Source: a virus
Reading direction: 5' to 3' (one strand)
Length of the DNA stretch: 64,000 nucleotides
Virus record (IMG/VR): IMGVR_UViG_3300015607_002850
Coordinates: 2,512-66,511 of that record
The notes beneath the pieces are model-generated. The model made no database searches. It worked only from the letters and a program-made list of their open reading frames with translations, and was not told where the DNA came from. Shown here piece after piece: positions 20,122 to 29,461 of this stretch. The translations under genes and the position numbers were made by a program. Within the stretch, counting starts at the first letter, position 1. Each line of letters opens with the position of its first letter.

Positions 20122-20544
20122 ATGTTTTTCAGATTATTCATAAATTTTTTTAAGTGTCTATACGAAAGAGTATTGATGGGTGGAAAAATGGCTAGAATAA
20201 AACATGTATTCCAAATACACGATTATACTATTAATATAGATATGTTCTATCATATGTATAGTAGAAGTACACAGAGTTGCTTTTCTGATAAGGAAATGAC
20301 TAAATCAGATTTTATATCACATATAAATAAATTAATAAAGGAAGGTGACTTAGATTGGAATCTTAAACAATACCTTAAAATATTACACTCACCTAGAGGA
20401 GATGATGACTTTGTTACAATTAGAGGTTTCATAGAGACCGTGATACTTAGTAAGTTAAATGTTAGTAGTTGTTATATAAACAAACTAACCATCAAAGACA
20501 AATCGGAAATAAGAAATGAAAAGATTAAACTTTTAATAAAGTAA
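20122..20544 (+). CDS. hypothetical protein with C-terminal RxxKIxxL tag
   Basis: Ends IRNEKIKLLIK; true start may be downstream. Confidence 0.55.
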   Translation: MFFRLFINFFKCLYERVLMGGKMARIKHVFQIHDYTINIDMFYHMYSRSTQSCFSDKEMTKSDFISHINKLIKEGDLDWNLKQYLKILHSPRGDDDFVTIRGFIETVILSKLNVSSCYINKLTIKDKSEIRNEKIKLLIK

Positions 20545-20580
20545 TAAATACAACAATTGTAATTTTAAACAAACAAAAAA

Positions 20581-20889
20581 ATGAAGCACGAAATTAAAGT
20601 TGAATTTTCAGACTCAAAATCTTTGAGTGACTTGATTGAAAAAACCTACTTCGAAAAAGGCACAATGGGTAAAATCACAGGTAGTAAAGAAAACTTCATA
20701 GTTATTGATGAAAGTGATGATGTACTACACACTGTATTTAAAGGACTAAATAATGCAACTGTCAAGATTCAGAATGAAGTTGTTGATGGTAGTATGAGAT
20801 TCATCATCGATGAGACACAAGGTGATGTTAGAATTTACCCTATCTCAATCTATTGTGTAAAAGAAAATGATAAATATTCATTCTATTAA
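20581..20889 (+). CDS. hypothetical protein
   Basis: 102 aa ORF with A-rich leader. Confidence 0.7.
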   Translation: MKHEIKVEFSDSKSLSDLIEKTYFEKGTMGKITGSKENFIVIDESDDVLHTVFKGLNNATVKIQNEVVDGSMRFIIDETQGDVRIYPISIYCVKENDKYSFY

Positions 20890-20890
20890 T

Positions 20891-21007
20891 ATGAGAAAGA
20901 TATACACTACATTATTTAAGAATGAAAATGGTGGTACAATAACTGTTGCTCAAATGTTGTTATTTGCCGCATTTATTTTTATAGGTTACTACCTAACAAA
21001 AAATTAA
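20891..21007 (+). CDS. small membrane protein (38 aa, not in ORF track)
   Basis: MRKIYTTLFKNENGGTITVAQMLLFAAFIFIGYYLTKN fills the gap between two co-oriented genes; one TM segment. Confidence 0.55.
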   Translation: MRKIYTTLFKNENGGTITVAQMLLFAAFIFIGYYLTKN

Positions 21008-21015
21008 AAATCTTA

Positions 21016-21756
21016 ATGATTCATCCAGATTTTAATGACATCCTAATTACGCCTGCGGTAACATCAAGTATCCGATCGCGCAAAGAAATCAATCCATACC
21101 AATTATCAATTGGATCCACAAGTTGGCTACCTATTATAGTGTCACCAATGGATACTGTAATTGATAAGAAAAACTGGCAGTTATTTCTAAATGAGAAAAT
21201 GCCAATTTGTTTCCCAAGAGGAATAAGACCAGATGATTTTACTGGTGAAGATAAGAGTATTATATCTTGTTTCAAGAGTGTTATATTTTTCTCTTATTCA
21301 TTAGATGAAACATCTGAAATGGTTGAGTGGTTAGTTAATAACCCAGGGGAGGATTTAGAATATAATCTTCTTATAGATATAGCAAATGGTCATATGCAAC
21401 ATATGGTTGATGTTGTTAAAGAACTAAAGAAAAGAACAAAAGTTAAAGTCATGGTTGGTAATATTGCTAACCCAGAGACTTATAGAGTTCTATCTGAGGC
21501 AGGTGCTGACTACATTAGAGTTGGTATTGGTTTCGGTGGTGGTTGTTTAACTGCTATGAATACTGGTGTTGGTTATTCAATGGCTTCTCTTGTTACTCAA
21601 TGTAACAATATCAAAATAGATTTGATTGATGAGAAGAAAAAGTATGCTAAAATAGTTGCTGATGGTGGATTCAGAGAGTATTCTGATATTATAAAAGCAT
21701 TAGCACTTGGATCTGACTATGTGATGCTTGGATCAATGTTAAATTTGCTTGCTTAA
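21016..21756 (+). pseudogene. GMP reductase/IMP dehydrogenase family, C-terminally truncated
   Basis: FNDILITP, SPMDTV, IDIANGH, VGIGFGGGCLT, ADGG..DIIKALALGSDYVMLGS, then stops; C-terminal part of the barrel absent. Confidence 0.75.
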
Positions 21757-21997
21757 GTATGTCTTGTAATTTTTGCTCTGGTGTTTTTGAATCTTCGTAT
21801 TGTTTGTTTTTTACTCTAAGATTATCTCTCACTTTTTTACTTCTCATTCTCTTTTTGGCAATTTTACTTAGTTCCTTCTTCGTCTCATCGGTTAAAATTA
21901 ATTTATAATTTTCATATCTTTTTAGCTGAGATTGACTCATCTTCTCTTTAGTTATTTCTGACATTTTCTTATTTTTACTACCACCTGAGTCCAGATT
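21750..21997 (-). pseudogene. fragment of a GIY-YIG/NUMOD3 homing endonuclease
   Basis: NLDSGGSKNKKMSEITKEKMSQSQ...TDETKKELSK: GIY-YIG end motif plus NUMOD3 repeats; catalytic domain missing. Confidence 0.6.
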
Positions 21998-22184
21998 TAC
22001 AATAATCTTCCTCCTTTAGGAAAAAGTCCATGTATCTTTCATTAATTGACTGTCTCATATCAGATAATCGGTATTGTGAAAAATCTATACCGAATGTTTC
22101 CTGTAAAGATTCTAATAATCCACAAGAAACATCAATGTCTGACTGTTTAACTATTTTGTCTTTATAAAAGAGCCTAACTAACAT
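21978..22184 (-). CDS. hypothetical protein, C-terminus probably replaced by the endonuclease fragment
   Basis: MLVRLFYKDK start after TATATTTG box (22198-22191). Confidence 0.5.
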   Translation of the reverse strand: MLVRLFYKDKIVKQSDIDVSCGLLESLQETFGIDFSQYRLSDMRQSINERYMDFFLKEEDYCKSGLRW

Positions 22185-22216
22185 AATACACAAATATACA
22201 AAAAAAGGTTGAATAA

Positions 22217-22480
22217 TCAACCTTTTTCTACAACTTGAGCTTTATAGTCAAATTTCTTTCGTAAGACTGTTCTCTTAGTTTTTGTTGTTTTTGAGGATAA
22301 AACCTTCATATTTGCCGATTCCATTAATTCCGTAATGTTGCCTACTTTGTAATTTGTCCAAATTTTTTCATTTGGGTGATAAACTTTAGCCATTAGGTAA
22401 CCTAATTCGGTTACATAGACTTTAACTAGAGTGGCTTTACCCTTGGGTGTTTCCACTTCAACGCAAACTGAGTTTTCCAA
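22217..22480 (-). CDS. hypothetical protein
   Basis: 87 aa ORF, TTG start, followed by hairpin 22201-22228. Confidence 0.55.
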   Translation of the reverse strand: MENSVCVEVETPKGKATLVKVYVTELGYLMAKVYHPNEKIWTNYKVGNITELMESANMKVLSSKTTKTKRTVLRKKFDYKAQVVEKG

Positions 22481-22565
22481 TTCCTGTCTTTAGATATTTT
22501 TTTAAGCTCCTATTTCTCATAAAAGTGAATTATATATAATAATTTTTTTATAAGTTTATATAAAA

Positions 22566-22613
22566 TTGAATTCACCGATATTGATTATTGGTGGTAATAT
22601 AGTTTAATATATA
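22566..22613 (+). promoter_or_regulatory. degenerate copy of the methylase 5' end plus TAATATATA promoter
   Basis: TTG AAT TCA CCG ATA TTG ATT ATT GGT GGT AAT (LNSPILIIGGN) vs methylase SSPIKYFGGK. Confidence 0.55.
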
Positions 22614-22617
22614 GTAT

Positions 22618-23424
22618 ATGAAATATAACATAAATGATTGGATAGAATTATATAAGACAAAGTCGGCAACAGAAATTGCGAGTGACTATGATATAAGCAC
22701 AAATACAGTAATTAAATATTTAAGGTTATCTGGTATTAAAATGAGAAATCAGTCACCTGTTAGAATGACTTATAAAAAGAAAGTAAATTCAAAATATTTT
22801 GAAAAAATAGACAGCGTAGAAAAGGCATATTTTCTAGGTCTATTGTTTGCAGATGGAAATTTGTACAATAATACAATAACCTTATCATTAAAAAGATGTG
22901 ATAGGGATATTTTAGAAAAATTCAAATCATCAATAGAAGGTGAAATGAGTATTTATGATTATAAAAATGAATCAATACTTAAATTTAGTGACAAAGTATT
23001 TAAGGAGTTCTTACTTAATCAAGGAATATCTCCGAATAAATCATTAACAATTAAATACCCAAAAATCAAAAAGTGCTTTGATAGACATTTTATAAGAGGA
23101 TATTTTGATGGTGATGGGTGTGTTTCAATACACACCGATAAAAGAAATGGTAGTAGAAGAGGGCAAGTAAATATATGTTCCGGCAGTAAAAGCTTCATAG
23201 AGGACCTAGTAGATAAGTTAGTAGCTTATACAAATATTAGGAAAAATAAAATAAGATGTCCAAATGGTGTATATAATGTAATCGACTGGGGAGGGTTATC
23301 GGATGTGGAAAAAATCTATGAATTTTTATATAAAGACACAGACCTATATTTAGATAGAAAGAAAAAAACTTTCGACATAGTAATGGATATAAATAAATCA
23401 AAGACTAAGTATAGGAAAAAATGA
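22618..23424 (+). CDS. LAGLIDADG homing endonuclease with N-terminal HTH
   Basis: AYFLGLLFADG and HFIRGYFDGDG motifs; SATEIASDYDISTNTV HTH. Confidence 0.9.
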   Translation: MKYNINDWIELYKTKSATEIASDYDISTNTVIKYLRLSGIKMRNQSPVRMTYKKKVNSKYFEKIDSVEKAYFLGLLFADGNLYNNTITLSLKRCDRDILEKFKSSIEGEMSIYDYKNESILKFSDKVFKEFLLNQGISPNKSLTIKYPKIKKCFDRHFIRGYFDGDGCVSIHTDKRNGSRRGQVNICSGSKSFIEDLVDKLVAYTNIRKNKIRCPNGVYNVIDWGGLSDVEKIYEFLYKDTDLYLDRKKKTFDIVMDINKSKTKYRKK

Positions 23425-24221
23425 AGAGATCATCGCCAATAAAATATTTTGGTGGGAAAAATGGATTTGCAAATAAAATACTACAATACTTTCCCACTAA
23501 TTATCAAAACATTACATATGTAGAACCATTCTGTGGGAGTGCAGCTCTTCTCTTCCATAAAGAAAGATCCAAAGTAGAAATAATAAACGACTTAGATAAT
23601 AATATCTACTCATTATTTAAGGTCTTAATAGATGAGAATCTATTTAGTAAGTTCAAACATATGTGTGACCTAACACCATATTCAGAAACATTATTACTTG
23701 AATACAAGAAAGACCTTAGTACGGAAATAGATATAGTTGAAAGAGCATACAAGTTCTTCTATTGTAATAGAGTATCCTATAATGGACTTGGTGGATTCTC
23801 AACATCAAATGTCATCAGGAGAAATATGTCAAAGTCTGTATCAGATTACTTATCCGCCATTGATGGATTATTTGATATACACAATAGATTAAGTGGTGTG
23901 ATAGTGCATAATACAAATGCTCTAAGTTTAATAGAGAAGTGGGACAAAGAAGAAGTATTTATGTACTTGGATCCACCATATGCTTTAGAAACAAGGTCAT
24001 CTGGCGGTTATAAACATGATATGAGTGATGATGACCAAGACCAATTTTTAAGTACCATTCTAAATATCAAAAATGCAAAAGTATTAATAAGTGGATACAA
24101 ATGTGAAAGGTATTCAATTTTAGAGAAAAATGGTTGGAAGAGGATTGATATGGAAATAAAAACTCAAAATAATAATAGGAAAGGCAAATCAAAAGTTGAA
24201 TCTCTGTGGTTTAATTACTAA
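23421..24221 (+). CDS. DNA adenine methyltransferase (Dam/D12 class)
   Basis: KYFGGK, YVEPFCGS, EIINDLD, YLDPPY. Confidence 0.92.
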   Translation: MKRSSPIKYFGGKNGFANKILQYFPTNYQNITYVEPFCGSAALLFHKERSKVEIINDLDNNIYSLFKVLIDENLFSKFKHMCDLTPYSETLLLEYKKDLSTEIDIVERAYKFFYCNRVSYNGLGGFSTSNVIRRNMSKSVSDYLSAIDGLFDIHNRLSGVIVHNTNALSLIEKWDKEEVFMYLDPPYALETRSSGGYKHDMSDDDQDQFLSTILNIKNAKVLISGYKCERYSILEKNGWKRIDMEIKTQNNNRKGKSKVESLWFNY

Positions 24222-24273
24222 ACAACTTTGTTAAAATTTATCCTATAAATTAAATAAAAAATAATTTCTATTT

Positions 24274-24759
24274 ATGAATATTAAAGTATATCCAGAAGAT
24301 ATAGTTAAAAGATGTTTGTGGGACAGTTATGTGTACTATGTAGTTGGCTCCGAAAAAGAAGCAGAAAAAATTCTAAAGGAAAATAAAGAAATAGAACTAT
24401 CTGAAAGAGATGCTCTAATTATTGGACTTTTAAAGGTTATTGAAACTGATAACCTAATACACAAATTCAACACACACTTAGTTGAATTATTAACAAACAA
24501 ATCTATCAAGGAAAAAGATTATCTTCTTGTTAGAAAGAAAACATTAGACTTAGCGGTTGATAAGTTTGTAGATAAGTTTCCTGATTACTGGCTACCAAAT
24601 TCAATATACACTAAATCACTTAAAGAATTAGTTGAGTATATCGATGAGATTAAATCGGATATAGAACAATTAGAAATTCATAAAATTGTTGATAAAAACG
24701 TAACTTATGAATTCTATAACTCAAATGCGGTTAAGAAACTTTTAAAATTCAACTACTAA
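24274..24759 (+). CDS. hypothetical protein
   Basis: 161 aa ORF. Confidence 0.7.
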   Translation: MNIKVYPEDIVKRCLWDSYVYYVVGSEKEAEKILKENKEIELSERDALIIGLLKVIETDNLIHKFNTHLVELLTNKSIKEKDYLLVRKKTLDLAVDKFVDKFPDYWLPNSIYTKSLKELVEYIDEIKSDIEQLEIHKIVDKNVTYEFYNSNAVKKLLKFNY

Positions 24760-25067
24760 TGTCAAGCTATATAAACATAGAACAAATATGTATGGGTGGG
24801 AATAGAATTGAAACCAATATAGTAGATTTGAAAAGACCCTTCCATTTTTATATGGGTGATGAAAAAATGTCAATAGAACTGACAGAAATTGAAGCAACAA
24901 ATTACTATATGATATTATCACTCGTTTTAACATTAGGTGAACCATATTGGCACAATTTTTGTAGAAGTGGTGGATCTGTTAGATTAAATATTGAATTTTG
25001 TAAATTCATACAGAATAACATTAAACAGATAAATAGAGATATAGTTCTAGAAAAAATTATAGATTAA
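24759..25067 (+). CDS. hypothetical protein with C-terminal tag-like motif
   Basis: Ends INRDIVLEKIID. Confidence 0.6.
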   Translation: MSSYINIEQICMGGNRIETNIVDLKRPFHFYMGDEKMSIELTEIEATNYYMILSLVLTLGEPYWHNFCRSGGSVRLNIEFCKFIQNNIKQINRDIVLEKIID

Positions 25068-25070
25068 ACG

Positions 25071-25574
25071 ATGGAAGAGAATACTAATAGTTGTGGAGAA
25101 AATTGTTCTTGTAAGACACAAGAATCATCATCTTGTGGTGGAAATTGCAAATGCAAAGAAACAATTTCTAAATTAAAATCTGAGGTATCAGAATCAAACG
25201 ATAAGTATGTTAGATTATATGCTGAGTTTGATAACTTCAGAAAGAGAGTTCAAAAAGAAAAAGATGAGATAAAAGATAATACAAAAGTATCTATACTATC
25301 TTCAATGTTGGATATGGATAATGATTTACACTTTGCCTTAAAAAACATTAAAGATGAAGAATCAAGAAAAGGCTTAGACCTTATTATCTCAAAAATGGAT
25401 AAGTTCCTGAAGTCACATGGGATTGAATCTATACAAACAGATAAATATGATTCCGATATACACGAAGTAATAAGTATTATCAATCCAAATGGAACAAATA
25501 TAATTGATGTTATAAGTAAAGGATATTCACTAAATGGGAAACCATTTAGATACCCAAAAGTTATTTTAGGATAA
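25071..25574 (+). CDS. grpE: nucleotide exchange factor GrpE
   Basis: [34 protein letters not shown]; Cys-rich N-terminus. Confidence 0.92.
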   Translation: MEENTNSCGENCSCKTQESSSCGGNCKCKETISKLKSEVSESNDKYVRLYAEFDNFRKRVQKEKDEIKDNTKVSILSSMLDMDNDLHFALKNIKDEESRKGLDLIISKMDKFLKSHGIESIQTDKYDSDIHEVISIINPNGTNIIDVISKGYSLNGKPFRYPKVILG

Positions 25575-26635
25575 TGAGTAAAGATTATTATAAAATATTA
25601 GGAGTTGAACGAAATGCATCTGAGGATCAGATAAAGAAAGCATATCGTAAACTCGCTATGCAATATCACCCAGATAAAAACCCAGATAATAAAGAAGCTG
25701 AGGAAAAGTTCAAAGAAGCGGCTGAAGCTTATGATGTACTATCCACACCAGATAAGAAAAAGAATTATGATACATTCGGAACTGCTGATGGATCAGGATT
25801 CAACCAGAATGGAAGACAATATGGACATGGATTCAATATGGATGATATATTCTCACAATTTGGAGATATATTCGGAGGGGCTTTCAATAATAGATACCAA
25901 AGACCTCAACAACAAAGAGGTTCTGATTTAAGAGTTAAAGTTCAATTAACATTGGATGATATTTTAAATGGTGTTAAAAAGAAACTTAAATTCAAAAGAA
26001 ATGCTAAATGTGGAACTTGTAATGGTTCCGGTGGTTCTGATGTTAAAGATTGTTTAGCATGTAGTGGTACAGGACAAAGAACAGTTGTTCAGAATACACC
26101 ATTTGGTCAAATAAGACAATCTGCTCCTTGTAACAATTGTCAAGCATCTGGTAAAGTTATCCACAATAAGTGTGGAACTTGTAAAGGAGAAGGTACTGAA
26201 ATTAGAGAAGAAGTTGTTGATATTGAAATACCAGCAGGTGTAACTAATGGAATGTATTTAACAATGGCTCAATATGGTAATTTCGCAAGAGGTGGTGTAT
26301 ATGGTGATTTACAAATACTAATTGAAGAGATTCCTGATCCAATATGGAAAAGAGAAGGTAATAATCTAAAAACAGAAATAACTATATCTGTATTAGATGC
26401 TATTCTTGGTAGAAAGATGGACGTCTTAACACCGAGAGGTAAACAGTCCGTGTCAATTGAACCAGGAACCGAAAGTGGTAAAATATTGAGATACGCACAT
26501 AAGGGTATACCAGATATTAACTATGGATTAGGGGACTTATATATAGTACTAAGAGTATCAATTCCGAAGAAAATAAATCCTGAGGAAAAAGTTATTCTAG
26601 AAAAACTAAGAGGATCAAAGAATTTCAATGTTTAA
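25574..26635 (+). CDS. dnaJ: molecular chaperone DnaJ
   Basis: J domain with HPD, G/F region, four CxxCxGxG-type repeats, C-terminal domain. Confidence 0.97.
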   Translation: MSKDYYKILGVERNASEDQIKKAYRKLAMQYHPDKNPDNKEAEEKFKEAAEAYDVLSTPDKKKNYDTFGTADGSGFNQNGRQYGHGFNMDDIFSQFGDIFGGAFNNRYQRPQQQRGSDLRVKVQLTLDDILNGVKKKLKFKRNAKCGTCNGSGGSDVKDCLACSGTGQRTVVQNTPFGQIRQSAPCNNCQASGKVIHNKCGTCKGEGTEIREEVVDIEIPAGVTNGMYLTMAQYGNFARGGVYGDLQILIEEIPDPIWKREGNNLKTEITISVLDAILGRKMDVLTPRGKQSVSIEPGTESGKILRYAHKGIPDINYGLGDLYIVLRVSIPKKINPEEKVILEKLRGSKNFNV

Positions 26636-26771
26636 AATAGAATCAACTGGTAATATTGGACTAGCTACAATAAACCCATCCGCTAAATTACACGTATTCG
26701 GTAGAAGCAGGTCTTCTAAAATAAGAAATATACTAAATGCTATTTCAAACAACAACAAATATACAGTTTAA
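26628..26771 (+). CDS. 47 aa protein: fibre-repeat fragment plus RxxKIxxIL tag (not in ORF track)
   Basis: [47 protein letters not shown]; resembles the GNVGIGTxxPxAKLHV repeat. Confidence 0.6.
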   Translation: MFKIESTGNIGLATINPSAKLHVFGRSRSSKIRNILNAISNNNKYTV

Positions 26772-26940
26772 CACAGTTAAACCAACTAACCCAATAGAAG
26801 GAGATACCTACTATGAAAGATCAACCAACCGTGTTTATATCTACACATATGGCAACTGGGTAATGTATCAAATGTATGTCGGCGATAAATCTGAAGAAAG
26901 AGTAAGAAAAATATCATCAATCTTAAATAAACTCACTTAA
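26737..26940 (+). CDS. small protein: fibre-like motif plus RxxKIxxIL tag
   Basis: KPTNPIEGDTYYERSTNRVYIYTYGNW, then ERVRKISSIL. Confidence 0.6.
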   Translation: MLFQTTTNIQFNTVKPTNPIEGDTYYERSTNRVYIYTYGNWVMYQMYVGDKSEERVRKISSILNKLT

Positions 26941-26988
26941 TCGGTGAGTTTTCTTTTTTAATATATAGATGTAAAATATAGCTATTTT

Positions 26989-27768
26989 ATGTCTGATTAT
27001 GTACCATACCAAGGTGGATATACAATTGAAGAATTAATTGATTTCGTCCAAAATGATATTACAATAGGGTGTTCACTCCCTAAGAACCTTCCTGATTCAG
27101 AGGTTCGAAGAATTATTGAAACTCGAGCTCTTCCTTGGTTTTATCGTAATTATCAATACGCAGTTCAGAAGCTATATTTCTTTATACATCAGGATGCTTT
27201 CCAAACAGAAGAGTTTACAAGATACAGATTCGTAAACGTTCCTTGTGAAATACAATCAGTTGTATATCTATATGAGGTAAGAGGTGAATCTTTATTCCAA
27301 TTAGGTATCAATACTCCTAACTTATCAGTTAACTTAGGTGTTACTAACCAACCATATTTAAGTTCTTATGTTACTACAATAGGTGAATTAGGTGTTTATA
27401 AAACTATATTAGATTCAATGTCAGATATGTTGAATCAGTTAAATAAGTACACATTGAAGTATCACTTCAATCAATTAGCACATAGATTACACATATTGAC
27501 AAATGTTAAACACAATGTTATAATGGAGGCTTATGCAAATATTCCACAAGAATATCTATTCAAAGATGATTTATTTGTTAAGTATGTAACTGGTTGGGCT
27601 AAGGTTCAATATGGTAATATGACAGGTAGATATGACTTCGTTTTGCCCGGTGGAATTAAGATAAACTCTGCAGACCTTGTCTCACAAGGCAAAGAGGAGA
27701 TTAAAGAAGTCGAAGAGGAGATTAAAGGCCAATCGAACAGTGGATTTTTCTTTATGGTAAAAAAATAA
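26989..27768 (+). CDS. putative neck/head-completion protein (T4 gp13-like)
   Basis: C-terminal KYVTGWAKVQYG..TGRYDFVLPGGIKIN...GKEEI resembles the gp13 family; late promoter upstream. Confidence 0.65.
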   Translation: MSDYVPYQGGYTIEELIDFVQNDITIGCSLPKNLPDSEVRRIIETRALPWFYRNYQYAVQKLYFFIHQDAFQTEEFTRYRFVNVPCEIQSVVYLYEVRGESLFQLGINTPNLSVNLGVTNQPYLSSYVTTIGELGVYKTILDSMSDMLNQLNKYTLKYHFNQLAHRLHILTNVKHNVIMEAYANIPQEYLFKDDLFVKYVTGWAKVQYGNMTGRYDFVLPGGIKINSADLVSQGKEEIKEVEEEIKGQSNSGFFFMVKK

Positions 27769-27770
27769 TT

Positions 27771-27804
27771 ACTTTACCAGGAGGAGTAAGTTTTCTAATA
27801 TATA
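27771..27804 (+). promoter_or_regulatory. copy of the neck-gene LPGG segment plus TAATATATA promoter
   Basis: ACT TTA CCA GGA GGA GTA AG (TLPGGV) vs GTT TTG CCC GGT GGA ATT AAG (VLPGGIK) at 27640-27660. Confidence 0.65.
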
Positions 27805-27808
27805 ATAT

Positions 27809-28099
27809 ATGGAAACAAAATACACTATTTACAAATTAATAGACCCTATTACTAATGAGATTAGATACATAGGACTAACAATCAATACACTTAAGCAAAG
27901 ACTAAAATCACACATGAGTGAAAATGGTAAGTCTCATAAAATAATGTGGGTACAAAAGCTAAAGAAAAATAAACTCAAACCAATTATTGAAGTGGTCGAA
28001 GACAACATATACTCATATGAAGAAGCATGTCTAAAAGAAATACATTACATAGATTTGTATAGGAAAACATGTGACTTGACAAATATAGAGAGTCTTTAA
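27809..28099 (+). CDS. GIY-YIG endonuclease, catalytic domain only (probably truncated)
   Basis: TIYKLIDP..IRYIGLT..LKQRLKSH..E..YI..LTN, then stop; no DNA-binding modules. Confidence 0.75.
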   Translation: METKYTIYKLIDPITNEIRYIGLTINTLKQRLKSHMSENGKSHKIMWVQKLKKNKLKPIIEVVEDNIYSYEEACLKEIHYIDLYRKTCDLTNIESL

Positions 28100-28114
28100 T
28101 AAATAAGATATTAG

Positions 28115-28753
28115 ATGAGTAAATATAATAGGACATATCATTTACCTTTCTCTCCTGGTTCGACAAATGACGACAGGATATCAAGTAGTGTTGCTTCACT
28201 TCTTGGTATTGACGTTGTTATAACTGAAAAATTAGATGGTGAGAATTGTGGCATGGAACGAGGCGGTGTCTATGCTAGAAGTCATGCTGCTTATACTGAA
28301 TCACCTTGGTCAAGAGAAGTTAGACAGATACACTCACTTATAAAAAATAGTATTGATGAAGGTGTTTTTATATTCGGTGAGAACATGGAAGGCATTCATT
28401 CAATTGAGTATACCAATTTAACATCTTACTTTTACATCTTCGGAGTTAGAGATAATAACATTTGGGTTCCTTGGGAAACTGTTGAGGAATATTCATTCTT
28501 ATTAGACCTACCGACTGTTCCTGTTTTATTCAAAGGTGTTATAAATACTGAAAAAGAATTAAAACAAATAGTTGAAGATTTAGTTAGTCAACCATCTGCT
28601 CTTGGTGGGCAACGTGAAGGCATTGTTATTAGAAATGCTGGAATGTTTCATAATGACGATTTCTCACAAAATGTAATGAAGTGGGTTAGAAAGGGTCACG
28701 TTCAGACTGATGAACACTGGACTCGTAATTGGCGCCGTGCTAAACTAGTCTAG
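28115..28753 (+). CDS. RNA ligase family nucleotidyltransferase
   Basis: KYNRTYHLPFSPG, TEKLDGEN, FGEN, EGIVIR, KWVRKGHVQTDEHW. Confidence 0.85.
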   Translation: MSKYNRTYHLPFSPGSTNDDRISSSVASLLGIDVVITEKLDGENCGMERGGVYARSHAAYTESPWSREVRQIHSLIKNSIDEGVFIFGENMEGIHSIEYTNLTSYFYIFGVRDNNIWVPWETVEEYSFLLDLPTVPVLFKGVINTEKELKQIVEDLVSQPSALGGQREGIVIRNAGMFHNDDFSQNVMKWVRKGHVQTDEHWTRNWRRAKLV

Positions 28754-29419
28754 TTTATTATATTTTCTTAGGTTATCTTCTTTCCAAAGTGGTTGCAAGT
28801 TTGATAGAGCATTTACGACACTAGCTGGGTCATCAATTTTGAATAGTGATAATGGTATTTTATGATCAATATGCCATTCTCCATAGTTTTCCCAAGACAT
28901 ACCATCTAAGAATAGTAGCTCGATACTTTCTTTTAATTCTATGTCTGAATATCCGAGTTCTTTGATCGTTGATTTTTTCTTTTTGTATAGGTTTCTAACT
29001 AATCTGTTTAATAGATCCCTGTGTGCATAATACCAAGGTCTTTTTCTTCTATCATTTTTGACCCATTCATTTTTATATTGCCTTCTATTCTTTTCATATC
29101 CTGTTGCTTTCCTTCTCTCCCTATTTAATTTGTTAATTTTCTCCTTGTTATTTTCTTTATACTCTTTCTGATACTTTCTTATTTTCTCCTTATTTTTTCT
29201 TGTATAAATTTTATCCTTTTCTTTTAGATAATCTTTATTTTCTATCTTATATCTCTTATTAAGATTTTTTATCTTTTCTACATTATCTAATCGATATTGT
29301 GTCATATATATTTTTTGACACTCTTTGCAAATACTTGAGAATCCTTGTTTTTTACGCTTATTCTTAAAGAAGTTATCACATTCTTTTTCAATGTTGCATT
29401 TATAGCATATTATGGTCAT
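28745..29419 (-). CDS. HNH homing endonuclease with N-terminal Zn finger
   Basis: CYKC..CKEC; GMSWENYGEWHIDHKIP...NLQPLWKEDNLRK. Confidence 0.85.
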   Translation of the reverse strand: MTIICYKCNIEKECDNFFKNKRKKQGFSSICKECQKIYMTQYRLDNVEKIKNLNKRYKIENKDYLKEKDKIYTRKNKEKIRKYQKEYKENNKEKINKLNRERRKATGYEKNRRQYKNEWVKNDRRKRPWYYAHRDLLNRLVRNLYKKKKSTIKELGYSDIELKESIELLFLDGMSWENYGEWHIDHKIPLSLFKIDDPASVVNALSNLQPLWKEDNLRKYNKLD

Positions 29420-29423
29420 TAGC

Positions 29424-29461
29424 TATATATTAGGACCAGAAATTGGAAGAAAGCTAGACTT
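29424..29461 (-). promoter_or_regulatory. copy of the RNA-ligase C-terminal segment next to the HNH promoter
   Basis: Plus strand GG ACC AGA AAT TGG AAG AAA GCT AGA CTT (TRNWKKARL) vs ligase TGG ACT CGT AAT TGG CGC CGT GCT AAA CTA (WTRNWRRAKL). Confidence 0.75.
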
